From: a virus
Taxonomy: Duplodnaviria > Caudoviricetes
Reading direction: 5' to 3' (one strand)
Length of the DNA stretch: 36,930 nt
IMG/VR virus record: IMGVR_UViG_3300032225_000824
Coordinates: 1 to 36,930 of that record
The notes under the pieces are model-generated. The model saw nothing but the letters and a program-made list of their open reading frames with translations. It was not told the origin of the DNA and did no database searches. Numbering within the stretch: the first letter of the stretch is position 1; every line of letters starts with the position of its first letter. This document shows, piece after piece, positions 16,353-24,044 of the stretch. Made by a program: the position numbers and the translations under genes.

Positions 16353-16469
16353 CTAGATATATATTGCCTTTTTAATCTTTTCTTCGAATTGCCTGAATGA
16401 CTCGGGGCAATCCTTACCAGCTGCCTCAATCTCCCAGAGTATCTCCTCCAATAGATTATCTAATTTCAT
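16353..16469 (-). CDS. Small hypothetical protein, 38 aa (not in ORF track)
   Basis: Purine-rich SD (GAGG); MKLDNLLEEILWEIEAAGKDCPESFRQFEEKIKKAIYI. Confidence 0.6.
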   Translation of the reverse strand: MKLDNLLEEILWEIEAAGKDCPESFRQFEEKIKKAIYI

Positions 16470-16581
16470 TTTCTTTTCCTCTTTTCCTTTATGTTCCGCG
16501 CATTGCTGCGCTTATATTTATTTAGGTTCCGCTATCGCGTCACCTCTCCTCCCCTGCGCTACCAGGAGAGACGAGGGGAAA

Positions 16582-16668
16582 CTAATCTTTTCCCAAGATA
16601 GAAACCATAACAAGGCTCAATATGGAGCCTAGTACTATCCCGCAGCAGAATGTATAAAGTTCACTCAT
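16582..16668 (-). CDS. Membrane micropeptide, 28 aa (not in ORF track)
   Basis: ATGA coupling; MSELYTFCCGIVLGSILSLVMVSILGKD. Confidence 0.55.
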   Translation of the reverse strand: MSELYTFCCGIVLGSILSLVMVSILGKD

Positions 16669-16805
16669 TTTCGATTATCCCTTTCTTTCTTAATAATCGC
16701 GGTCCACTCCATTCCATTGCGAATTGTCCACAAGGACGCTCGACGGAACGTAGTAAAACGCGCAAAAAACTGCCCTACCGAATTGTAAACCGCATAATAC
16801 GTCAT
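16665..16805 (-). CDS. Small hypothetical protein, 46 aa
   Basis: ATG at 16805 overlaps the upstream TGA; MTYYAVYNSVGQFFARF... Confidence 0.6.
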   Translation of the reverse strand: MTYYAVYNSVGQFFARFTTFRRASLWTIRNGMEWTAIIKKERDNRK

Positions 16806-17506
16806 GACGCGCTCGCAATCTGCGCCACGCGCTTTTTCGACATGCCATGAGGAATGAACCCCACGATCACCGAACGATCCCCACGCGAGCAGAGTTTGCA
16901 ACTTGCGCATGTAACCCCTTCACGCTTCTGCGCAGGACAAACGACAACGCGCCTACCTTGCGGGGTTTGCGTATTGTCTTCAGTTCCTGCTGGTAGGATT
17001 GTCACTACTGGAGCGATCCCCAAGGATGCAAGTTTATCGGCATGCGCTAGGCCGTTCGCGGAAAGATTAATTACAAATCCCTCCCTATTCGCTGCGCCTA
17101 TCGCGTCACGATTCTTTTCAGCGTTCTTGTCCTGCTCATCTAATACTGGTTTATGGGTATAAGTGAATCCCCTCCGTCCGCGATTAGCTTTAGCAAGTTT
17201 ACCTAGGAGCGTGCCATCAACGTAGTTATTGTCTCCAGGCAGATCGCCGATTTGATTATGTCGCCATAATTGACCTTGGGGAAGTTTGGCTACAGACTCG
17301 CAGAATCCATCCCAAGTAGTGCCACGATCTGCGCGGTCAATAGCATTCCAGTGAAAGCGAATGTGACCGCCTAGGCCGTAGCAGCCTTTTTCTTTCAAGG
17401 GACATGCGTCAGGACAAGTTGAACTTCCACTGCCTGAAACTGGAATCGATCCAGTTTTGACGTTGGAAGAGGATAGGGTGAGGTGAACTAGTGGAGGGAG
17501 ATTCAT
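16802..17506 (-). CDS. Cys-rich phage Gp88-like protein (putative Fe-S/metal-binding)
   Basis: N.KTG, TCPDACPL....CY, R....GDL, FTYTH, NLSA, CPAQ...TCASCKLC. Confidence 0.7.
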   Translation of the reverse strand: MNLPPLVHLTLSSSNVKTGSIPVSGSGSSTCPDACPLKEKGCYGLGGHIRFHWNAIDRADRGTTWDGFCESVAKLPQGQLWRHNQIGDLPGDNNYVDGTLLGKLAKANRGRRGFTYTHKPVLDEQDKNAEKNRDAIGAANREGFVINLSANGLAHADKLASLGIAPVVTILPAGTEDNTQTPQGRRVVVCPAQKREGVTCASCKLCSRGDRSVIVGFIPHGMSKKRVAQIASAS

Positions 17507-17583
17507 TTGATCTTCCCCATCAGGAATCCGAAGCAGATTCCAGCGAAAAAGATGATGCCGATAGTTTGGGGTAGGTTGTTCAT
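17503..17583 (-). CDS. Membrane micropeptide, 26 aa (not in ORF track)
   Basis: SD AGGAG; MNNLPQTIGIIFFAGICFGFLMGKIK; stop overlaps the next ATG. Confidence 0.6.
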   Translation of the reverse strand: MNNLPQTIGIIFFAGICFGFLMGKIK

Positions 17584-17600
17584 TTTATATTCTCCTATGT

Positions 17601-17963
17601 TTACCAGGTTAATTTATACCCCAACGCGTTAAGCATGTCCTTAACGCGCCAAGGAAGGTCGAATGCTCCATCGAAATCCACAACCTCTTTACCATCTATA
17701 ATGAGTCCCCCGCTTCCATACCCATCGTCGTTACTGGATGCAACCTCCCAACTTCCAATCCCATCACTTCCAATTTCAATATGTACGTCAACCCCTGGTT
17801 TATACTTTTCTATAATGTTTCCACTCGCGTTAACGTCGACAACGCTATCTTTCGCGAAATGTTGGCGTGCTTCAATTGCGCCAGAATTAAACCGCTTAAT
17901 TTCCATGCCATTTTTGCGAGAGACTTGCACCGCGCTCGCTTCGGTTTGTGTTGTGTTGTTCAT
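17601..17963 (-). CDS. Hypothetical early protein, 120 aa
   Basis: Start reassigned to ATG 17963 (MNNTTQ) from promoter geometry; G.L..DG..V.DFDG...LP motif. Confidence 0.7.
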   Translation of the reverse strand: MNNTTQTEASAVQVSRKNGMEIKRFNSGAIEARQHFAKDSVVDVNASGNIIEKYKPGVDVHIEIGSDGIGSWEVASSNDDGYGSGGLIIDGKEVVDFDGAFDLPWRVKDMLNALGYKLTW

Positions 17964-17969
17964 ACGTTC

Positions 17970-17997
17970 AACATACGCCAACGGCTTGTGATGTCAA
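17970..17997 (-). promoter_or_regulatory. Sigma70-type early promoter, leaderless
   Basis: TTGACA, 16 nt, TATGTT, 6 nt, ATG at 17963. Confidence 0.7.
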
Positions 17998-18020
17998 GGG
18001 GTTTTTTTAAAATATTTTCA

Positions 18021-18029
18021 TGCTAAAAT
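18021..18029 (+). promoter_or_regulatory. Extended -10 promoter for the packaging operon, leaderless
   Basis: TG-c-TAAAAT, 6 nt, ATG at 18036; divergent from the early promoter. Confidence 0.6.
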
Positions 18030-18035
18030 ATGGGG

Positions 18036-18704
18036 ATGGAAGCAATGCCAAGCGATGCGCCACTTGCGCAGGATAAGGGGAAGAATGGCAAGTCTTCCCT
18101 ATATAACGATCAGATCGCCCAGGAGGTGATAGACGCTTGTCGTAGCGGTTTCACCATAGAAAAGGCTGGCGCGCTCGTCGGCCTATCGCCTAGCACTATA
18201 AAATCCTGGTGCACTCGAAAGCCTGACTTTGCGCGCAGAGTGGAGACTGCTAGAAAAAAGCACGAACTGGCATTGCTGCGCGACATAGAGCTAGCAGGTC
18301 AAAAGAGCTGGCAAGCGAAAGCATGGATGGCCGAAAGGATCTATCAATACGCGCAGCCTAGCGCGCGTCTCCAGGTTCAAGGCAGCGTCGAGCATGGTTT
18401 GGGCGCAGGTTTGGCGCAGATTTTAGCAGGCTCTCTCTCAAAAAAAGAAAAGCCTGCGCAAGTAATTGAGACGCAATCTGTAACAGAACGCATTAGTGAT
18501 ATTAATACTAAATACAATACTTATTGTGCGACAAACCAAACCGCTCCAAAACTTGAGGATGCAAAGCCGAAAGATATTGACCTGGTCGCGCTGCCCAAAC
18601 GCACGCGACATGTTCCGATGCGCAGGAGGGTTCCGCGAAAAGTTAGGGCAGTGGATACGACCACACCCCATCCTACCCCCCCAATCCCCATAAAAAATCC
18701 GTAA
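18036..18704 (+). CDS. terS: Terminase small subunit (HTH) with long C-terminal tail
   Basis: Y...IA..V......G.....A..VG.S.STI..W......FA; SWQA.AW..ER; directly upstream of terL. Confidence 0.75.
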   Translation: MEAMPSDAPLAQDKGKNGKSSLYNDQIAQEVIDACRSGFTIEKAGALVGLSPSTIKSWCTRKPDFARRVETARKKHELALLRDIELAGQKSWQAKAWMAERIYQYAQPSARLQVQGSVEHGLGAGLAQILAGSLSKKEKPAQVIETQSVTERISDINTKYNTYCATNQTAPKLEDAKPKDIDLVALPKRTRHVPMRRRVPRKVRAVDTTTPHPTPPIPIKNP

Positions 18705-18747
18705 ACCCCACCAAGTATTTGCGACACAAAATAAAAAGAGGTCTATA

Positions 18748-20184
18748 GTGGGCAAAACAACCAAGCCTCCAAAACGCACGCCAGAGGAGATTTTAGCAGA
18801 AGTACAATCACCAGCAGGATTCGCAAAACATGTACTTGGACTTGAGCTATATGATTGGCAACGAAAGGTTTTACGCGACCTGCAAGACAAAGATTGTCGA
18901 GTTGCACTCAAAGCAGCGAACGGATCAGGCAAGACCAGCACAGTCATCGCCTCCATTTTAATTTGGCATGCGTTCTGTTTTAAGGGAAGCATAGCTACGA
19001 CAACCGCTGGCGTTTGGAGGCAGGTCGAGAAACAATTGTGGCCTAGCCTGCGTAAACACATTGCGCGAGTGGGTGGAAATTGGGAAGTCACATCAGGCGA
19101 AATCCGCTACATATTTCCAGATGGCACGATGAGCAGGATCGTTGGGTATAGTGCGACAGATCCAGGTCGAGCGGAAGGGTTCCATGCCGACGACCATGAC
19201 ACCATGCCATTGCTAATTGTGGTGGACGAAGCCAAGTCAATTCCTGATCCGCTCTTCGAAGCCTTGTGGCGTTGCCAACCAACTCGCGTATTGCTCGCTT
19301 CCAGCCCTGGTGCAAGCACAGGCGCGTTCTATCGCGCATTCACCAAGGAATCTGCGATGTGGAAGAAGCACACAGTGACAGCATTCGACTGCCCTCACAT
19401 CACTAGGCAACAGATCGACGAGGTGCTACAGCGATATGGCGAGAAACATCCACTCACTCGTTCCATGGTCTACGGCGAGTTCGTGGATATCGGATCGGAA
19501 AGCTTGGTCATTAATTACAACTCACTCCAGGGATGCCAGAACAGCCCACCTGACTTTAAGCCTGGTAGCAGGACCGCTGGAGTAGACTTTGCAGCAGGTG
19601 GCGATTGCAACGTCCTGTGCATTCGAGATGGCAACAAGATCTTGCCGATCATCGCATGGCGCGATAAGGACACGATGGCAGCTGTTGGCAAGTTCATTGT
19701 GGAGTTCAAGAAAGCTGGATTAAAGGCAGAGGACATCTATGCGGACGCGAGTGGTTTGGGCATGCCGATGTGCGATGCTTTGGCCGAGGCTGGGTGGAGA
19801 GTGAACAGGGTAAACTTTGGTGGCACGCCGAACGATGCGGATGCCTATACAAATAAGTCAGCAGAGATGTGGTTTAACATGGCCAAGAAGATTGGGGATC
19901 GCGAGATCATACTTCCAGAGGACGACGACGAACTTATGGCTCAATTGACCTGTCGCAGGACTGTGACCAACAGCAGGGGTAAACTTGGAGTTGAGTCCAA
20001 AGATTCCCTGCGAAGCAGGGGCATTGCCAGCCCTGACCGAGCGGATGCATTGGCATTGTGCCTAGATGGTGGTAATATCCGTTGGGACTTGACTTTCCCT
20101 ACAGAACGTCCAACTTGGAAGACGTTAAACCAAATGATGGAGTCGCACGACCCTGTCATGGCAGGTTTTGACGCAGGAGGATAA
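18748..20184 (+). CDS. terL: Terminase large subunit
   Basis: LYDWQ, AANGSGKT (Walker A), IVVDEA (Walker B), GVDFA.GGD, DASGLG, SPDRADAL (nuclease domain). Confidence 0.95.
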   Translation: MGKTTKPPKRTPEEILAEVQSPAGFAKHVLGLELYDWQRKVLRDLQDKDCRVALKAANGSGKTSTVIASILIWHAFCFKGSIATTTAGVWRQVEKQLWPSLRKHIARVGGNWEVTSGEIRYIFPDGTMSRIVGYSATDPGRAEGFHADDHDTMPLLIVVDEAKSIPDPLFEALWRCQPTRVLLASSPGASTGAFYRAFTKESAMWKKHTVTAFDCPHITRQQIDEVLQRYGEKHPLTRSMVYGEFVDIGSESLVINYNSLQGCQNSPPDFKPGSRTAGVDFAAGGDCNVLCIRDGNKILPIIAWRDKDTMAAVGKFIVEFKKAGLKAEDIYADASGLGMPMCDALAEAGWRVNRVNFGGTPNDADAYTNKSAEMWFNMAKKIGDREIILPEDDDELMAQLTCRRTVTNSRGKLGVESKDSLRSRGIASPDRADALALCLDGGNIRWDLTFPTERPTWKTLNQMMESHDPVMAGFDAGG

Positions 20185-20187
20185 ACT

Positions 20188-20358
20188 ATGAATATTTGGA
20201 ACTGGATTACCGCAAACTGGACTAGCATCGTTGCTGCTATTGGTGGCATCGTTTTGTCCGCTCGTATTATTGTTAAGCTGACACCAACCCCAGCTGATGA
20301 TTCGATTCTCGAAAAGATTGTAAACTTCTTAAAGTCTGTCGGTTTAAAAATCGACTAA
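20188..20358 (+). CDS. Small membrane protein, putative holin, 56 aa (not in ORF track)
   Basis: SD GGAGG; MNIWNWITANWTSIVAAIGGIVLSARIIVKLTPTPADDSIL...; one TM helix plus TPT..DD motif. Confidence 0.6.
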   Translation: MNIWNWITANWTSIVAAIGGIVLSARIIVKLTPTPADDSILEKIVNFLKSVGLKID

Positions 20359-20364
20359 TTATTT

Positions 20365-20553
20365 GTGCTGCGTGCGCTCCTTGAGATCATCGCAGCTGTC
20401 TTTCGCATCATTCCAAGCTGGAAAGAAAAGCGAGTTCAAAACATCGAAGGTGAATGGAAACATAACCGCGATGCTATTGAGCGTGATCTTCGCGGTGAAT
20501 CTTGGTGGTTGCGCAACAACGACACCAGTAACCCACACAACAGGGATAGTTGA
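20365..20553 (+). CDS. Small protein, possible i-spanin-like partner
   Basis: Amphipathic/hydrophobic N-terminus and short coil; its 3' end overlaps a lipoprotein gene in another frame. Confidence 0.45.
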   Translation: MLRALLEIIAAVFRIIPSWKEKRVQNIEGEWKHNRDAIERDLRGESWWLRNNDTSNPHNRDS

Positions 20554-20683
20554 GGAATTGATGAAAGATCCTACCTATACTGAAATTCGTCGCGGAACTC
20601 CTGGTACTCGCGAATGGGCAAGGAAAGCCTTGAATGCTGTGAATGATCTTTCATACGAACTGAAGACCGAGAGGAACAAATAA
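20471..20683 (+). CDS. Lipoprotein, possible o-spanin-like
   Basis: MLLSVIFAVNLGG|C lipobox; start may be GTG 20450. Confidence 0.55.
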   Translation: MLLSVIFAVNLGGCATTTPVTHTTGIVEELMKDPTYTEIRRGTPGTREWARKALNAVNDLSYELKTERNK

Positions 20684-20684
20684 G

Positions 20685-22562
20685 ATGCCGATTACTGAAG
20701 ACAAATACAATCGTCGCGCGGATTACCATAAGCGGATCATTGACTGCTTGAACCAGCGCGAGACTTGGGAGAACCGCCAGCGGTTGTTCTACCAAGCTCG
20801 CTACTTTGGGGTTCGTCGTAAGACCAAGCCATGGCCTACCGCTGCCGACCTGCACGTTCAGTTGATTGACACAGCTATCGAGCGTCTCAAGCCATCTTTC
20901 GTCAACAGCGCGATTGGCAACGACATTCTTTCCAGCTTTGTTCCAATGCGAGCGCAGTTGACTCCGATTACTGTGACAGCCGAGCGTTGGTTTGACTACA
21001 AGATGCGCGAACAAACAAATTTCCAGAAAGAAATTGTTTCAGTAATCGATAACTTGCTTCTCTATGGTCGCGGTGTTGCAAAAGTAATTTGGGACGATCA
21101 AACCAAGCGGATCAGCTTCGAAGCCATTGATCCTTTTCATTTGATCGTTCCTCAGTACACAAAGGAATTGAAAGATGCTGACTTTATTGTCCACATCATC
21201 TCGACATCAGTCGACACCTATAAGACAAATCCTCTCTACAAGCAGGACGAGAACTTCATCAAGCGTATCGCTGGAAAGCCGAACAACTCGGTTGGACTGC
21301 GCAGCGAGATTCAAGATGAGATCTATCGTCGCGAGGGAATAACGCAAGAAGCCGAGAATGATAGGATTATCTTGTGGGAAATGTACACTCCGTCGAAGGA
21401 CGGATGGTTGGTGGAGACGTTCTCACCTCTAGCGGTTGACGAGAACGTAAGAAAACCATTCACTCTACCATACGAACACGGAGAACCTCCGTTTGTTGAC
21501 TTCCCCTATGAAATCACAGGTGGCGGTTGGTATAGTCCAAGAGGCGTGGCCGAGATCCTGCTCCCCAGCGAGAACCTCTGTAATAAGCTCAAAAATTCCC
21601 TAAGCGACTACGTGGAGCTTGCCAACCGCCCTGTTTTCGAAGCGCAGAATCCGATCTCGCTCAACACAGCGAATCTGAAGATGCAACCTGGTCAGATCCT
21701 TCCGCAAGGATTGAAACCTGTCCAGTTCAGCCAACCTCCATTTGACTTCCAGCGATTGATGCTCGAAGAGCGTCAGCTGGCAGACAATCGGATGGGTAGC
21801 AATGATTTTGGTTCTGGCTCGCAGTTTAATTCTCAAGACAGGAAGACAGCTGCCGAGATTCAGGCGATGCAGGGTCAGGCTGCTGCTTCTGGTGATTTAC
21901 GGAATCGTATATTCCGAATGAGCTTGGCTCATCTATTCCGTCAGTGCTGGGCATTATACGTCCAGTACGCGAAGGAAGATTTGATGTTCCGCTATGCTGA
22001 CGACACTGGCCAGATGGTTCCTGAGGGAATTCATGAGCAGTACTCGATTGAGCCGAAGGGCGGATTGGACTTTGTAAATCGCCAGTTTGCATTGCAGAAA
22101 TCTGTGGCTCGGATGCAGATGTTCCAAAATAATCCTTACATCAACCAAGGCGAGCTGGTAAAGTCAGTGCTTGAACAGGACGATCCGAGTCTCGTCAGAA
22201 AGCTATTTACAGACCCGCAAGCTGGATCAGGCGATCAGGCTGAAGATCAGGCGACAGAAATTGCGACCATGCTGGCCACAGGATTCCCTGTCGCGATTAA
22301 GCCTAGCGATGATCACAAAGCGCACATATCGGTTCTATTCGCATTTAATCAGGCTGCACAAGTTAGGCAGCAGCCAGTAGACCAGAGCGCAGTACAGGTT
22401 CTTATGGACCACTTGCAACAGCATTTAGCTGCGCTAGAACAAACTGATCCGAATACCTCTAGGGCTATTCAGAAACAACTTCGTGATGCAGCTGCTGGGC
22501 AAGCTAAACAGCAAGAACAGATGGCAGCACAACAACAACAACTCCAACCACAAGTAATGTAA
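20685..22562 (+). CDS. Portal protein (P22-like)
   Basis: 625 aa after terL; G.GV.KV.WD, IDPF, G.PPF...PY....G.WY...G.AE, TA.EI; Gln-rich C-terminal barrel. Confidence 0.88.
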   Translation: MPITEDKYNRRADYHKRIIDCLNQRETWENRQRLFYQARYFGVRRKTKPWPTAADLHVQLIDTAIERLKPSFVNSAIGNDILSSFVPMRAQLTPITVTAERWFDYKMREQTNFQKEIVSVIDNLLLYGRGVAKVIWDDQTKRISFEAIDPFHLIVPQYTKELKDADFIVHIISTSVDTYKTNPLYKQDENFIKRIAGKPNNSVGLRSEIQDEIYRREGITQEAENDRIILWEMYTPSKDGWLVETFSPLAVDENVRKPFTLPYEHGEPPFVDFPYEITGGGWYSPRGVAEILLPSENLCNKLKNSLSDYVELANRPVFEAQNPISLNTANLKMQPGQILPQGLKPVQFSQPPFDFQRLMLEERQLADNRMGSNDFGSGSQFNSQDRKTAAEIQAMQGQAAASGDLRNRIFRMSLAHLFRQCWALYVQYAKEDLMFRYADDTGQMVPEGIHEQYSIEPKGGLDFVNRQFALQKSVARMQMFQNNPYINQGELVKSVLEQDDPSLVRKLFTDPQAGSGDQAEDQATEIATMLATGFPVAIKPSDDHKAHISVLFAFNQAAQVRQQPVDQSAVQVLMDHLQQHLAALEQTDPNTSRAIQKQLRDAAAGQAKQQEQMAAQQQQLQPQVM

Positions 22563-22563
22563 T

Positions 22564-23106
22564 ATGGCAACCAAGAAAAATCTTAAATTAAGCAAACCAC
22601 AATTGAAACAGCCTGATATGGCTCCGATTGATGCAGTGCGAAATCCTAATTTTCCAACAGCATTGGCACAGCAAGATTATATGAATAATCTAGCTCAATC
22701 GCTTGAAAACTATCAATCACAAAATTATCCTACTGGAGGAACTGCAGAATTCGCACCCAATCCAAATGTTCCAAACTTAATGCCAATTGGTGGACTTGGT
22801 ATCCAGCAAGGCTCAGAAGAACAAAGAAGAATGGCATTGAATCAAGGGGTACCATCAGGTAGCGGAATGGGCGGACAAATTCCAACTCCAAATATGCCAC
22901 AAAACAAAATGGCAGATTTTAATAACCTCCTTCAGCAAGGCATGCAACGGAATCAAGATTTCAACCAAGCAGCGCAAAACTTTGCAGGCATGGGCGGACC
23001 ACAGAAAAGCTTTTCGCAGGTAGCTGGCGGAATTGGAAAGATGAACCGTATGCCTAAACAGCTTCGTCCGAATTCAATTGCCCCTAGCAATCAAAAGTTA
23101 ATTTAA
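22564..23106 (+). CDS. Low-complexity Q/N/G/M/P-rich protein, 180 aa
   Basis: Clean ORF 1 nt after the portal stop; composition suggests disorder. Confidence 0.65.
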   Translation: MATKKNLKLSKPQLKQPDMAPIDAVRNPNFPTALAQQDYMNNLAQSLENYQSQNYPTGGTAEFAPNPNVPNLMPIGGLGIQQGSEEQRRMALNQGVPSGSGMGGQIPTPNMPQNKMADFNNLLQQGMQRNQDFNQAAQNFAGMGGPQKSFSQVAGGIGKMNRMPKQLRPNSIAPSNQKLI

Positions 23107-23144
23107 GCTTTGACTTTGTCGGTATAATCGCTTGTATTCATGGG

Positions 23145-23675
23145 ATGGAAGTCCCAGTAATGCGCGATGCATTTCAGGCTGAAGGATTAGCTAAACTTTG
23201 TAAATGGGCAAACCAGAATGGCGCACTTGGAAAGTGCGTTGAAATTGGTTCTTATAGCGGAGAGGGTACTGTCGTATTGGCTGATCACTTCAAAGAAGTA
23301 TTGGCAGTAGATCCATGGGAGAATGGGTACGATCCGAATGATGTGGCAAGCCACCAATGCCCAATGGAAGATGTTTTTAATGCTTTTACAGAAAGAACAA
23401 AGGCTAAAGGCAACGTAACATTTTCTCGCGGTAAAAGCCTAGATGCACTTGAGTTTATTTCCGATGGATCGCTTGATCTTGTCTATGTGGATGGAGATCA
23501 TCGCTACGAAGGCGCACTTGCTGATATTAAAGGGTGGCTTCCAAAGCTCAGAAATGGCGGATGCATGACTGGCCATGACTTTAGCTTTCCAACAGTAAGG
23601 CAAGCACTTTCAGAGACTTTTAAAAGCGATTACCTTGCGCTATTTCAAGGCGATAGCTGGGGGTACATAGTATGA
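23145..23675 (+). CDS. Class I SAM-dependent methyltransferase (Methyltransf_24-like)
   Basis: VEIGSYSGEG, VDPW, G.S, DLVYVDGDH.YE, WLPKL..GG...GHD. Confidence 0.88.
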   Translation: MEVPVMRDAFQAEGLAKLCKWANQNGALGKCVEIGSYSGEGTVVLADHFKEVLAVDPWENGYDPNDVASHQCPMEDVFNAFTERTKAKGNVTFSRGKSLDALEFISDGSLDLVYVDGDHRYEGALADIKGWLPKLRNGGCMTGHDFSFPTVRQALSETFKSDYLALFQGDSWGYIV

Positions 23676-23995
23676 GAAAAATACGTGCAATTTTAGCTTT
23701 TATCCGCCACCAAGAGTGGGTTGACGAGCCTAAGTGGGAAGCTGAGGACGAGCGAGCATTAACAGGATTCCTTAGTACGCTTGCTGGCAAGAAACTCAGC
23801 CTTATCCTACTTAACCTTACTTTACGCCAAAATGCCTCTGCTGTAGAGAAAGATGCGAACTCACTTGCAGAGGCTTGCGGATATGCTAAAGGTTTCCGTG
23901 GTTGTGTCGCGACGATTGAGTCGTTATGCAGCCCCAAACAAAACTCGCCCATCCTAGACAGCAGGGATGGGGTCGATGAATCTGCTGTCAACTAA
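23672..23995 (+). CDS. Head-module hypothetical protein (Bbp19-like position)
   Basis: FL.T..GK.L and G...G helical pattern; lies between portal and scaffold. Confidence 0.65.
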   Translation: MRKIRAILAFIRHQEWVDEPKWEAEDERALTGFLSTLAGKKLSLILLNLTLRQNASAVEKDANSLAEACGYAKGFRGCVATIESLCSPKQNSPILDSRDGVDESAVN

Positions 23996-24044
23996 CCTAC
24001 GCCATAGAATGACTCCCTGTGGCGCGGTGTAAGAAAGGGTCAAC

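Noticed and set aside
18438-19091. 217-aa minus-strand ORF
   Set aside because: Antisense to terS/terL with no motifs or initiation signal.
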